Notes: generated by a model not told the origin, from the letters alone. A DNA stretch of 32,000 bases from Geobacter metallireducens GS-15 (GCF_000012925.1 NC_007517.1:2940001-2972000), one strand, 5' to 3'; shown: positions 6,438 through 14,898, numbered from the stretch's first letter. Program-made: numbers and translations.

Positions 6438-7958
6438 CTAGAGGTCGAACCCGCAATAGGACAGGTTGAAGCTCTTGTTGCAGAGCGGAAAATCGGATAT
6501 TTGCTGTCCCCGAAGCGCCAAGGCGAGCCCTTGCCAGTTATGAAACGAAGGGTCGACGATCTTGTACCGGCTGAAACGCCCGGCATCGTCGGTGACCGCC
6601 ACGTGACATATTTCCCCGCGCCACCCCTCGGTCAGGGCAACGGCCAGACGCCCGCCGGCGCAGGGGGCCGTAGCGACCCGATGCCCGCCTCCGGGGAGCT
6701 GCCGCAGCTGTTCTTCGATAAAATCCATTGATTTCTGGGCTTCCAGCCATCTGATCATGGTGCGTGCGCACACGTCACCATGGAAAACGGTCGCAACCGG
6801 AAGGTGGGTCATGCGATAGATGCCGAACGGATAATCGAGACGAACATCCCGCTTGATCCCGCAGGCCCGTGCGGCAGGCCCGACCAGGCCGAGTTCGAGG
6901 GCCTGTTCACGGGTCAATGTGCCGGTACCTTCCAAACGTCCCATCACCGACGGGGAGCTCCAGAGCAGCTCAATGGCATTGGTCAGGTCACGTCGCGCCT
7001 CTGCCAGACGTTTCAGAAGATCGTCGCGCAACCCTGGCGTCAGATCGAAAATCGTTCCGCCCGGGACGAGAAGCCCCCGACCGAAACGGCTGCCGCAGAG
7101 GACAGCGGTCATGTTGAGGAAATCTCCCCTGATACGGCCGCAGAAGGATGAGGTCGGCAGATACCCCACATCGCCGGCGATTGCCCCCAGGTCGCCGGTA
7201 TGGTTGGCCAGCCGCTCCAGTTCGAGGGCAATGCCACGCAACACTTCCGCCCGGGGAGGAGCCTTGATCCCTCCCAACGACTCCATGATCATGCAGTAGG
7301 CCTGGCCATGGCCGATGGTCGTGTCGCCGGCGGCTGTTTCCATTACCTGCAAGGTGCGCGGGTGAGGTCCGCCCGCAAGACCCGCCTCGATCCCCCGGTG
7401 CTGGTAGCCGAGGGATATTTCCAGGTGGAAGACCTCCTCACCGTGGCACTGGAAGCGGAAGTGTCCCGGCTCGATGATGCCGGCATGGACGGGGCCGACG
7501 GCAACCTCGTGCACCTCGTCGCCCGCCACCTGGTAATAGTCCATGACGCCAACGCGGAGCGGCTCGTCCGCGGTGCGGTCCCAGGCATCGCGTCCCGGCA
7601 CGAACGAATGGTGGAAACGAACCGGCTTGAACCAGGGGTGTCCATCGAATATCAGACCGCACTGCTCGGCGATCTCGCGTTCAAACAGTTGCACCTGGGT
7701 AATGAGCGAGGAAAGGGAGGGGACGTGACTGTCGCTTGTTTCCGTACGGGCCGCGGCAAGCCGCCCCTCGGCCTTGTTGGCCAGGATGCATACGAGCGCG
7801 GTGGAGGATGGCGCCGGAATGCCAAAATACGAAACAATCCGCCATCCCCGGTCTACGGAATCGAGAATCCCCTGCAAAAACTCGTTGATATCTACGGGGG
7901 GAATCTCTGCCAGGGGGACGGAGGCCCCGTTGTATATGGTGCGGAATGAATCCTTCAC
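6438..7958 (-). CDS. Large-subunit homologue (NuoC-NuoD / HycE / HyfG-like) lacking [NiFe] cysteine ligands (Ehr-type)
   Basis: GTG start at 7958 in a GTGA overlap with the stop of the upstream gene. The track's extension to 8192 overlaps that gene and was rejected. Signatures GPVHAGIIEPGHFRF and LGYQHRGIE are present. Where HycE has RxCGxC, this protein reads METAAGDTTIGHG. The C-terminus reads FPLCNKSFNLSYCGFDL instead of DPCxxCxDR. Confidence 0.85.
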   Translation of the reverse strand: MKDSFRTIYNGASVPLAEIPPVDINEFLQGILDSVDRGWRIVSYFGIPAPSSTALVCILANKAEGRLAAARTETSDSHVPSLSSLITQVQLFEREIAEQCGLIFDGHPWFKPVRFHHSFVPGRDAWDRTADEPLRVGVMDYYQVAGDEVHEVAVGPVHAGIIEPGHFRFQCHGEEVFHLEISLGYQHRGIEAGLAGGPHPRTLQVMETAAGDTTIGHGQAYCMIMESLGGIKAPPRAEVLRGIALELERLANHTGDLGAIAGDVGYLPTSSFCGRIRGDFLNMTAVLCGSRFGRGLLVPGGTIFDLTPGLRDDLLKRLAEARRDLTNAIELLWSSPSVMGRLEGTGTLTREQALELGLVGPAARACGIKRDVRLDYPFGIYRMTHLPVATVFHGDVCARTMIRWLEAQKSMDFIEEQLRQLPGGGHRVATAPCAGGRLAVALTEGWRGEICHVAVTDDAGRFSRYKIVDPSFHNWQGLALALRGQQISDFPLCNKSFNLSYCGFDL

Positions 7959-9391
7959 GGTTGCACCCCCAGCATCGCAGCGCCCTCTGTCAGGAGCGAG
8001 ACAAGGAAAGCAGGCGGCCATATCCCCAGCAGCAGGATGACCGCCATCATGAGAAACGGCGGCCCCACGGTCAGCAGACGGTCCTCGTAATCGGAGGGTT
8101 CGAGGCCGGCGGGTGGGGTACCCATGACCATCGGCAGCACCGTCAGGGCCATGCCGATGAACACAATGACCAGAAACAGCAGGAACAGCCACCCCACCAG
8201 ATGCCGCCCGTCGATGAAGGCGTTGCTGACAATCGCATACTCACTGATGAACGGCGAGAACGGCGGTGAACCGGTAATGGCAATGAAACCGGCCAGAAAG
8301 AGCCCCCCCGACCAGGGGAGCCGTGCCAGTGCCCCCCTGACCACATCGGTCGTCTTGTTTCCGTAGGACCGGTGGATGTTGCCGGAGGAGAGGAACAGCA
8401 CCCCCTTGGTCAGCCCGTTGTTCAGGAGATGAAAGAGCGCGCCGTACAGCGCCCCCTTGCCAAGCCCGAGACCGATGGCGAGAATCCCCACATGTTCGAC
8501 GCTCGAATAGGCCAGCATCCTCTTGAAGTCGGCCTGGTGCGCCATGAATACGGCGGCAAAGGCCATGGAGATGAGCCCCATGCCGACGAGGGCATCTTGA
8601 AAGAACGCCAGTTCGGCACCGGATGCCAGGCAGATCTGATAAACCCGCATGATGCACAGAAATGCGCAGTTGACCAGCCCCCCGGCAAGCAAGGCCCCCA
8701 CCAGGCCGGGCGCTTCGCCATAGGCATCGGGCTTCCAGGCATGGAGCGGGGCCAGCCCCATCTTTGAACCATACCCCACCAGGAGAAAAATCGCCGCCGC
8801 GTGGAGCCAGCCGGGGTTCAGCTCACGGGCGGACTGCATCAGCGGGCCGAGCAGCAGGGTGGCGTCCCGGTGGGCCACGTAGGTGGAATAGGCGAGGAAC
8901 AGCAGCCCGAGCAACGCCAGGCCGATGCCAACGGAACAGAGGAGCAGATACTTCCAGGTGGCCTCTATGGAGCGGGCATTGCGATTGAAGTAGATGAGGG
9001 GGGCCATGGACACGGTGGTTGTTTCCAGTGCGACCCAGAGCAGTCCCAGATGCTGGGTCATGGTGACCAGCCCCATGGCCGAAAGGCAGACCAGCAGCCC
9101 CATGCAGAGGACCCGGTTCGAACGCTCCTGACGGTAGGAGAGGTAGCCGACGGCATAATAGGCGCAGACGGTGAAGAGGAGGCTGATGCACAGGAGCACC
9201 ACCTTCCCCAGGGGGTCGAGCCAGATCCAGCCTCCGGGGGATGGTGGCGGCGTGTTCACCAGCAATAGCGCCGTCAGTGCCAGGTGAACCGTCGCAACAG
9301 CCGGCAGGGTAATGGGCCTGAGACGATTGTCCGGCACGATCCAGGCGCATAACGCCCCCACCAGGGGGAGCAGAACAAGGGCATACAACAT
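7955..9391 (-). CDS. Antiporter-like membrane subunit (HyfF / NuoN/M-like)
   Basis: 478 aa and polytopic. Contains the conserved proton-pump-type segment GSKMGLAPLHAWKPDAYGEAP and SSVEHVGIL. Confidence 0.85.
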   Translation of the reverse strand: MLYALVLLPLVGALCAWIVPDNRLRPITLPAVATVHLALTALLLVNTPPPSPGGWIWLDPLGKVVLLCISLLFTVCAYYAVGYLSYRQERSNRVLCMGLLVCLSAMGLVTMTQHLGLLWVALETTTVSMAPLIYFNRNARSIEATWKYLLLCSVGIGLALLGLLFLAYSTYVAHRDATLLLGPLMQSARELNPGWLHAAAIFLLVGYGSKMGLAPLHAWKPDAYGEAPGLVGALLAGGLVNCAFLCIMRVYQICLASGAELAFFQDALVGMGLISMAFAAVFMAHQADFKRMLAYSSVEHVGILAIGLGLGKGALYGALFHLLNNGLTKGVLFLSSGNIHRSYGNKTTDVVRGALARLPWSGGLFLAGFIAITGSPPFSPFISEYAIVSNAFIDGRHLVGWLFLLFLVIVFIGMALTVLPMVMGTPPAGLEPSDYEDRLLTVGPPFLMMAVILLLGIWPPAFLVSLLTEGAAMLGVQP

Positions 9392-9397
9392 GTGAGG

Positions 9398-10039
9398 CTA
9401 CTCCTCCTTCAGGGCCCGCAGGCGGGAGGTGTCGATCGACGAGAATTCCCGGCTGATATGGTTGATGACAATACCCATGACGAATATCCCCACGAGAAGG
9501 TCGAGCAGGGCGCCGGCCTCAACCATGACCGGCATCGCCTCGGTCAGGAGAAGACCGAATACGAATATCCCGTTCTCCATCACCAGATAGCCGATGACCT
9601 GGGAAATGGCCTTGCGGCGGGTCGTCAGGATCAGAAAACCGCACAGCAGCGTGGCAATGGAGGCCGGCACAAACAGGAGATCCCTATGTTCGGGCGCCAG
9701 AGGCAGGCGTTCGGCAAAGACAAACGAGAGGGCGGTGAAAACGGCACCGAGGAGCAAGGTCGGCACATACCCGATGAAGGGTTCAACTTCGCGCCTGATC
9801 TGGGCCTTGCGGACGGCGCCTCCGATGAAGTAGGGAATCGCCACTCCCTTGGCCAGGATGATGCCGACGGTGATGCTGGCCAGGTGTCCGGAGAACGGGT
9901 GTATCAAGCCGGGGAGGATACCGAGGATGACCCCCTGGGCGGCAACGGCACGGATGGAAAACATCAGCCTGCTCGTGCCAAGCATGATCAGATTGATCAG
10001 CATCACCAGTACCAGCAGTTGATCGGCGAATGAACTCAT
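9398..10039 (-). CDS. Small membrane subunit (HyfE / NuoK-like)
   Basis: 213 aa and very hydrophobic, with about 7 helices. Its position between the NuoH-like and NuoN-like genes matches hyf/ehr clusters. Confidence 0.75.
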   Translation of the reverse strand: MSSFADQLLVLVMLINLIMLGTSRLMFSIRAVAAQGVILGILPGLIHPFSGHLASITVGIILAKGVAIPYFIGGAVRKAQIRREVEPFIGYVPTLLLGAVFTALSFVFAERLPLAPEHRDLLFVPASIATLLCGFLILTTRRKAISQVIGYLVMENGIFVFGLLLTEAMPVMVEAGALLDLLVGIFVMGIVINHISREFSSIDTSRLRALKEE

Positions 10040-10043
10040 GGGG

Positions 10044-10952
10044 CTACCTCAATACCAGCAGCATGGCAAAGGCGGACAGGATAGTGGCTCCGACCAGCAG
10101 TTGCGGAACGCGGACCAGACGCAACCGGGCCATCACCGACTCGACAACGCCGATTGCCACCGCCAGCACAAGCATGGCGACAATGAAGATGCCCCAGTCG
10201 AGAAGCGCATTTCCGGTGGCGACAGGGAAGGCGATATTTACAAAGACCGCTCCGAGAATGAACAGTTTCAGCGCCGCTCCGTAGAGGATGATCCCGAAGG
10301 CGGGGCCACTGTGATCAAGGACCATGACTTCATGGATCATGGTCAATTCGAGGTGCGTGTTGGGATCGTCGAAGGGGATGCGGGAGTTCTCCGCCAGAAG
10401 GGTGATGAACAGCGCCCCCACCAGCAACAGCATGCTCGCCCCGGCGGCAAGCCAGATGGCGGGCGTGGGATGGGTGAGTATCGTTGACAGGGAAAGCGAC
10501 TTGCTTATGCGGGCCAGAGTCAGCAGGGAAAAGAAGAGGGTCGGTTCGGCAAGGCAGGAAAACGTAACTTCACGTGCCGCTCCCATCCCTTCGAAACTAG
10601 AACCGGTATCCAGAGCCGCAATGGTGGTAAAGAACCGGGACAATCCGAAAAGGTAGGCAAAGAGGATGAGATCGCCACTGAAAGAAAGTGGCGCGACATG
10701 GCGGCCCAGCGGGATCAGCAACACTGCGATAAGCGCTGCGGAGAGTGTTATCAACGGGCCGGCACGGAAAACCCAGGTGGTGGTCTCACTAAAGACCGAT
10801 CCCTTGCGGAAGAGCTTGATCAGGTCGAAATAGGGCTGCAGATAGGGCGCTCCAACCCTTCCGGCAAAGGCCGCCTTGGTCTTGCCGATAACCCCGAGCA
10901 ACAGTGGCGGCAACAGGAGCGCCACTGCGCAGTGGATGATAATGTCTGTCAT
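10044..10952 (-). CDS. Membrane subunit (HyfC / HycD / NuoH-like)
   Basis: 302 aa and polytopic. Contains NuoH-like segments GRVGAPYLQPYFDLIKLFRK and ENSRIPFDDPNTHLELTMIHE. GAGGA RBS. Confidence 0.85.
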   Translation of the reverse strand: MTDIIIHCAVALLLPPLLLGVIGKTKAAFAGRVGAPYLQPYFDLIKLFRKGSVFSETTTWVFRAGPLITLSAALIAVLLIPLGRHVAPLSFSGDLILFAYLFGLSRFFTTIAALDTGSSFEGMGAAREVTFSCLAEPTLFFSLLTLARISKSLSLSTILTHPTPAIWLAAGASMLLLVGALFITLLAENSRIPFDDPNTHLELTMIHEVMVLDHSGPAFGIILYGAALKLFILGAVFVNIAFPVATGNALLDWGIFIVAMLVLAVAIGVVESVMARLRLVRVPQLLVGATILSAFAMLLVLR

Positions 10953-10995
10953 AACGTGCCATCCTCGAAGGAGACGGGAACGCCGCTGTCCTCGT

Positions 10996-12978
10996 TCAGT
11001 GCTTCCAGATCATCAGGACGCAGAGCGTGGCGAATATATACAACACGTAAATATGAAGCTGGCCGTGCTGCACTTTCCTGAGATAGGAAAATGCCGTGCC
11101 GACGACCCGGAAGACGGGAATCAGAATCCGGTCCAGCACGGTTTCGGTTGTCTCATAGCTGAAACGGGCGTCGGCGGGAGGAATGGGCGTATCAAGCGTG
11201 GGCCTGCGACGGTTGGGGGCAACGATACTCCCCAGCAGGCTTACCGCCATCTCGCTGAACGATGTGCCGGTATATTGCATCCGGGGTGTAGGCTCGAGAT
11301 AGCCGCACCCCCACGTGCTTCCCTGGGAACGGGGAGATGTACGCAGCCGCCGGCGGTATGCCGCGCCGACAGCCAGAATGACCACAAGAAGGAGCACGTT
11401 GGCGCAGGTGAGCGCCACAAGGGGGATCTGCCCCATAACCTGGGCACTATCCTGGGGGGTGAGCCCGGCATAGAAGCCGACAACCGGGGTAACCAGCCGC
11501 ACCAGCAGCACCGGTGCCATACCTGCAACCAGGCATCCGCCGGCCAGCAACATCATTGGTCCGGTCATCACCGCCGATGCTTCATGGCCATGGGCAGATT
11601 CGACCGAGCGGGGAGAGCCGAGAAAGACGATCCCGAAAAGCTTGACGAAGGTCAGGACCGCCAGCCCGCCAACCAGCGCCAGGACAGGCGCAACCAGGGC
11701 CGCCAGCGGCAACGGAGCGACGATGCCATCGGTGATGGCACCGATATAGAGAAAAAATTCGCCGACAAATCCATTGAGCGGCGGCAAACCGCATATGGCG
11801 AGCGACCCGACCAGAAAGAGCGGCGATGTTACCGGCATGCGCCGGGCAAGCCCCCCCATCCGGTCGATCTCCCGGGTTCCGGTGCCATGTATCAGCACCC
11901 CGCTTCCCAAGAAGAGGAGCGACTTGAACAGGCCATGGTTGACGATATGGATAAAGGCGCCCGCAAGGCCGCACACCACCAGATATGGCGCGTGCTGGTT
12001 CAGGCCGACCAGAGCCAGGCCGATGCCGATAAAGACAATGCCGATATTCTCGATACTGCTGCAGGCCAGCAGGCGTTTCAGGTCGCGCTGTCCTGCTGCC
12101 AGGGCAATCCCGTTAATGGCGGACCAGGCACCGAGCAGGAGTATGAGCCAGCCGAGCCATACCGGCAGCTGATCGAAAAACGACAAGGTCCGCAGGATGC
12201 CGTACACACCCATCTTGAGCATCAACCCCGACATCATCGCCGAAACGTGACTGGGGGCATTGGCATGGGCGCCGGGAAGCCAGAAATGCAGGGGCATGAG
12301 GCCCGCCTTGCCGCCAAACCCGATCAGGGCGGTTATGATGACCGTTGTCGCAACAGGCACGGTCAAGGAAAGGGCATGCGTGGCTGGAAACGCGAACGTG
12401 CCGACAGTCCCGCGCAGCAGGGAAAACATGACAAACAGCGCCATGGTGCCGGTGTGGGTGGCAAGAAGGTAGACCGTTCCGACTCGCTGAACATCGGAGC
12501 TCTGCTGCTCGGTGGTCAGCAGGAAATAGGCAGAGAGCGCCATGACCTCCCAGGCCATGAGAAACAGCACCCCGTTACGGGCCATGACCACGATGATCAT
12601 CGCGGCGGCAAAGAGTCCGAGAAAGAAGGTGAGCCTTCCGGCGCTCGCCTTTTCCCTGGCCGGCCAGTAGGCCACGGAATACAGAGCGACAGCACCGGTA
12701 ACCAGGAAGAGCGGAAAGAGGAATATTGTGGAAAGATGATCGGCGGAAAAGAGCGCCGGTCCAAAAGGAAGGGGCCAGTCAATCTGGTATGATGAAGCGG
12801 GAATGCCGGACAGGAGCGAGATGACAGCCACCTCGCCAAGGCACGACGCAGCGATTACAAGTATGGCCGCGATCCGTTGCCCCCAGGCAGAGCGGCGCGC
12901 CAACAGCCCCGGAATACCCGAGAGAGCAACACAGGACGCCGCAACCAGTAGAAATAACGTTGGATCAAGGAGGAACAT
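10996..12978 (-). CDS. Antiporter-like membrane subunit (HyfB / NuoL-like)
   Basis: The track starts at GTG 12981. ATG 12978 lies 8 nt after GAGG. About 660 aa and polytopic. Contains GKAGLMPLHFWLPGAHANAPSHVSA and SSIENIGIVFIGIG motifs typical of NuoL/MrpA-type subunits. First gene of the operon. Confidence 0.85.
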   Translation of the reverse strand: MFLLDPTLFLLVAASCVALSGIPGLLARRSAWGQRIAAILVIAASCLGEVAVISLLSGIPASSYQIDWPLPFGPALFSADHLSTIFLFPLFLVTGAVALYSVAYWPAREKASAGRLTFFLGLFAAAMIIVVMARNGVLFLMAWEVMALSAYFLLTTEQQSSDVQRVGTVYLLATHTGTMALFVMFSLLRGTVGTFAFPATHALSLTVPVATTVIITALIGFGGKAGLMPLHFWLPGAHANAPSHVSAMMSGLMLKMGVYGILRTLSFFDQLPVWLGWLILLLGAWSAINGIALAAGQRDLKRLLACSSIENIGIVFIGIGLALVGLNQHAPYLVVCGLAGAFIHIVNHGLFKSLLFLGSGVLIHGTGTREIDRMGGLARRMPVTSPLFLVGSLAICGLPPLNGFVGEFFLYIGAITDGIVAPLPLAALVAPVLALVGGLAVLTFVKLFGIVFLGSPRSVESAHGHEASAVMTGPMMLLAGGCLVAGMAPVLLVRLVTPVVGFYAGLTPQDSAQVMGQIPLVALTCANVLLLVVILAVGAAYRRRLRTSPRSQGSTWGCGYLEPTPRMQYTGTSFSEMAVSLLGSIVAPNRRRPTLDTPIPPADARFSYETTETVLDRILIPVFRVVGTAFSYLRKVQHGQLHIYVLYIFATLCVLMIWKH

Positions 12979-13083
12979 CACGCCTGCCTCACACCTGCCC
13001 CCTATCTCACGTCAACTGCTGACTTGATTACTGGGCGACACAAAAACATTATGAGTTACTACATTTTTATAACACTTTAAAAA

Positions 13084-13112
13084 AATATATGTTATAAAAT
13101 ATCATACGTCAA
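13084..13112 (-). promoter_or_regulatory. Putative sigma-70 promoter of the Ehr-like operon
   Basis: The minus strand reads TTGACG (13112-13107), 17 nt, TATATT (13089-13084). It sits inside a strikingly AT-rich divergent intergenic region. The predicted 5' UTR is about 100 nt. Confidence 0.4.
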
Positions 13113-13172
13113 TAAAATTATGAGACACCCAAACCACACACAACACATACATGTGCAAGGGAGAGTGCCGTC

Positions 13173-13409
13173 ATGCCGAACACACGATTGAACATCACGC
13201 TGCCAACCCCCATAGTTGACGACATCAAGGCTCTGTACGGCCAGCGCGGGTTGAGCCAGTTTCTTGAAGAAGCCGCCAGGGAAAAACTCGAAGAGCTGAA
13301 AAAGAAGGCGCACAAAGGGTTGATCGAAGGATATCAATCAACCGCGGAGGAAACGAAAGAGGTCCTCAAGAAATTCGAATCGGCGGTAACGGAGAAACGG
13401 GATGTTTAA
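13173..13409 (+). CDS. Ribbon-helix-helix (CopG/MazE-like) antitoxin
   Basis: 78 aa. The N-terminal RLNITLPTPIVDDIKALYGQRGLSQFLEEAAREKL follows an RHH pattern. GGGAG RBS. Overlaps the downstream toxin gene by 8 nt. Confidence 0.75.
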   Translation: MPNTRLNITLPTPIVDDIKALYGQRGLSQFLEEAAREKLEELKKKAHKGLIEGYQSTAEETKEVLKKFESAVTEKRDV

Positions 13410-13767
13410 GCGCGGCGGGATCTATGCTGTCAATCTGCCCCATGGGGACAGGCGCGAACCGGAGGCCTGCCCCTGCCTTGTGGTAAGCAACAACATCAGC
13501 AACGAGTACTCTCCAGTCGTAACAATCATTCCGTTGAGTTTTACCCACCTGGAAAAGATTTATGACTTCGAGACGTTCCTGCCGGCGGCCGGGAGTGGGT
13601 TGGAAAAGGACGCCAAGATCAGTTCCCACATCCTGATCACCATCGACAAGGCAAACGTGGTTGGTGAGCGTCTCGGCTTCATCAACAAAGCCCTCATGTG
13701 TCAGGTGAATAAGGCGCTCTGTTTACAGCTCGGCATCGAGGAGCCGCCGGGACACCTCAAAGGATAA
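13402..13767 (+). CDS. mazF: MazF/PemK-family endoribonuclease toxin
   Basis: 121 aa. RGGIYAVNLPHGDRREPEACPCLVVSNNISNEYSPVVTIIPLS aligns by eye with the MazF/PemK N-terminal signature (RGDIYxVDL...RPxLVVSNDxxNxxSPxVxVxPxT). Confidence 0.85.
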   Translation: MFKRGGIYAVNLPHGDRREPEACPCLVVSNNISNEYSPVVTIIPLSFTHLEKIYDFETFLPAAGSGLEKDAKISSHILITIDKANVVGERLGFINKALMCQVNKALCLQLGIEEPPGHLKG

Positions 13768-13772
13768 CGTCA

Positions 13773-14459
13773 ATGCTGCTTGAACCATCCGAAGCCGCCC
13801 AGGCCCTGAATGTCGATGAAAAAACCATAGTCCGCTGGATCAGGAAGGACAACCTGCCCGCTGAATCCATGCACGGCGATTACCGGATCAATCCGGTGGA
13901 CTTGCTGGAATGGGCAACGGAACGGGGCATCAAGGTCAATCCGGCCCTCTACAAGATGCACGATGCGGATACCCGTCCGCTGCCGACCCTGTGTCAGGCG
14001 CTCCAGGCCGGCGGCATCCATTGCGGCTTCCCGGGCAATGACAAGGAAACCGTATTGCGCAACGTTGTTGCCGCTCTGGAGTTGCCGCCCCAGATCGATC
14101 CCGAGTTCATACTGCAGGTGCTGCTGGCCCGGGAGGCCATGGGCACCACGGCGGTTGGTGACGGCATCGCCATCCCCCATGTGCGCAACCCCATCCTGGT
14201 GCAGCTGCCGGTCCCGAAGATTTCCCTGAGCTTTCTCGCACAGCCGGTTGATTTCGGCGCCCTGGACGGCAAGCCGGTGCAGATACTGTTCACCATCATC
14301 TCGCCGACCATCAGGATGCATCTGCACCTGCTCTCGAGGCTGGCCTATTGCCTGCGGGACCAACGCCTGCGCGACATCCTCGGTAAGCAATGCAACGCCA
14401 GGGCGATCATGGACGTAATCCTCGAGATCGAGAAAGACATCGGAAGCGCTCCCCTATGA
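13773..14459 (+). CDS. HTH (MerR/excisionase-type) fused to a PTS EIIA type-2 (PtsN/EIIA-Ntr-like) domain
   Basis: The N-terminus LEPSEAAQALNVDEKTIVRWIRKDNLPA is an HTH_17-like motif. The C-terminal domain carries the EIIA-2 phosphorylation signature AVGDGIAIPHVRNP. The gene starts 6 nt after the mazF stop. Confidence 0.8.
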   Translation: MLLEPSEAAQALNVDEKTIVRWIRKDNLPAESMHGDYRINPVDLLEWATERGIKVNPALYKMHDADTRPLPTLCQALQAGGIHCGFPGNDKETVLRNVVAALELPPQIDPEFILQVLLAREAMGTTAVGDGIAIPHVRNPILVQLPVPKISLSFLAQPVDFGALDGKPVQILFTIISPTIRMHLHLLSRLAYCLRDQRLRDILGKQCNARAIMDVILEIEKDIGSAPL

Positions 14460-14503
14460 CCGAAAACGTCCTGCCCCCTCTCGGGCACCGGGCCGGTAAG
14501 TCA

Positions 14504-14547
14504 GGCGCAAAAAAAGCCGCATCCGAAGATGCGGCTTTTTTTGCGCC
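14504..14547. terminator. Bidirectional intrinsic terminator
   Basis: A perfect long palindrome, ggcgcaaaaaaagccgcatc-cgaa-gatgcggctttttttgcgcc, with a GC-rich core hairpin flanked by A7 and T7. It lies between convergent genes. Confidence 0.85.
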
Positions 14548-14561
14548 AGGAAAAGTACTGA

Positions 14562-14831
14562 TTACTTCTTGTGCGGTACAGCCGGGGTTGCGGGAGTAGC
14601 CGGGGTCGCCGGAGTTGCGCCGGGCTTGGCTTCTTCCTGCTTCACGGCCTTCTTTGCCTTCGTGGCTTTCTTGGCCTTTTTCTCGACGCCCTTCTTCTCC
14701 TCGACCTTCACCGGCGGATGGCCGGCCGGCAGCGCGGGAGCGGCTTTAGCCGCGGGCTCGGCGGCGAATGCGATACCGGCGAAGGCAATAGCTACGAGAG
14801 CTGCGGTGATGCTTGAGAGAATTTTTTTCAT
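14562..14831 (-). CDS. Small secreted Lys/Ala/Pro-rich low-complexity protein
   Basis: GAGGAG RBS and signal peptide MKKILSSITAALVAIAFAGIAFA|AEP. The mature part is KKAKKATKAKKAVK-rich and ends with an ATPATPATPATPAVP repeat, encoded by an imperfect 9-bp DNA repeat around 14581-14620. Confidence 0.6.
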   Translation of the reverse strand: MKKILSSITAALVAIAFAGIAFAAEPAAKAAPALPAGHPPVKVEEKKGVEKKAKKATKAKKAVKQEEAKPGATPATPATPATPAVPHKK

Positions 14832-14883
14832 TGATGTGCTCCTCTTAGTGGAACGAGATAACTACTTCTTGAATTTTCTAAAA

Positions 14884-14898
14884 GCAGCAACCGTGCCA
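14884..14898 (-). promoter_or_regulatory. Sigma-54 (-24/-12) promoter candidate upstream of the small secreted protein gene
   Basis: The minus strand reads TGGCACGGTTGCTGCT. This fits the consensus TGGCACGrNNNTTGCW with the invariant GG and GC at the correct spacing and one mismatch (C for T). It lies about 50 nt upstream of ATG 14831. Confidence 0.5.

Noticed and set aside
7959-8192. N-terminal extension of the large-subunit ORF given in the track (start 8192)
   Set aside because: It overlaps the 3' end of the upstream NuoN-like gene by more than 230 nt. A GTG at 7958 forms a classic GTGA stop/start overlap, and homology-like sequence only begins there.
9108-9126. GGTTCGAAC T-loop-like string (possible tRNA)
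   Set aside because: It lies inside a membrane-subunit CDS, and the flanking bases do not pair into a T-stem or acceptor stem. No tRNA or rRNA was recognised anywhere in the window.
10876-12792. 638-aa ORF on the plus strand
   Set aside because: It is antisense to the NuoL/HyfB-like membrane subunit. The predicted protein is hydrophilic, low-complexity and Arg/Gly/His-rich with no recognisable domain, so it is a high-GC artefact.
13150-13167. Sigma-54-like sequence CGGCACTCTCCCTTGCA on the minus strand, facing the Ehr operon
   Set aside because: The GG-to-GC spacing is one nucleotide too long (N11 instead of N10). It also overlaps the mazE RBS, so any enhancer sites would fall inside the mazE coding region.
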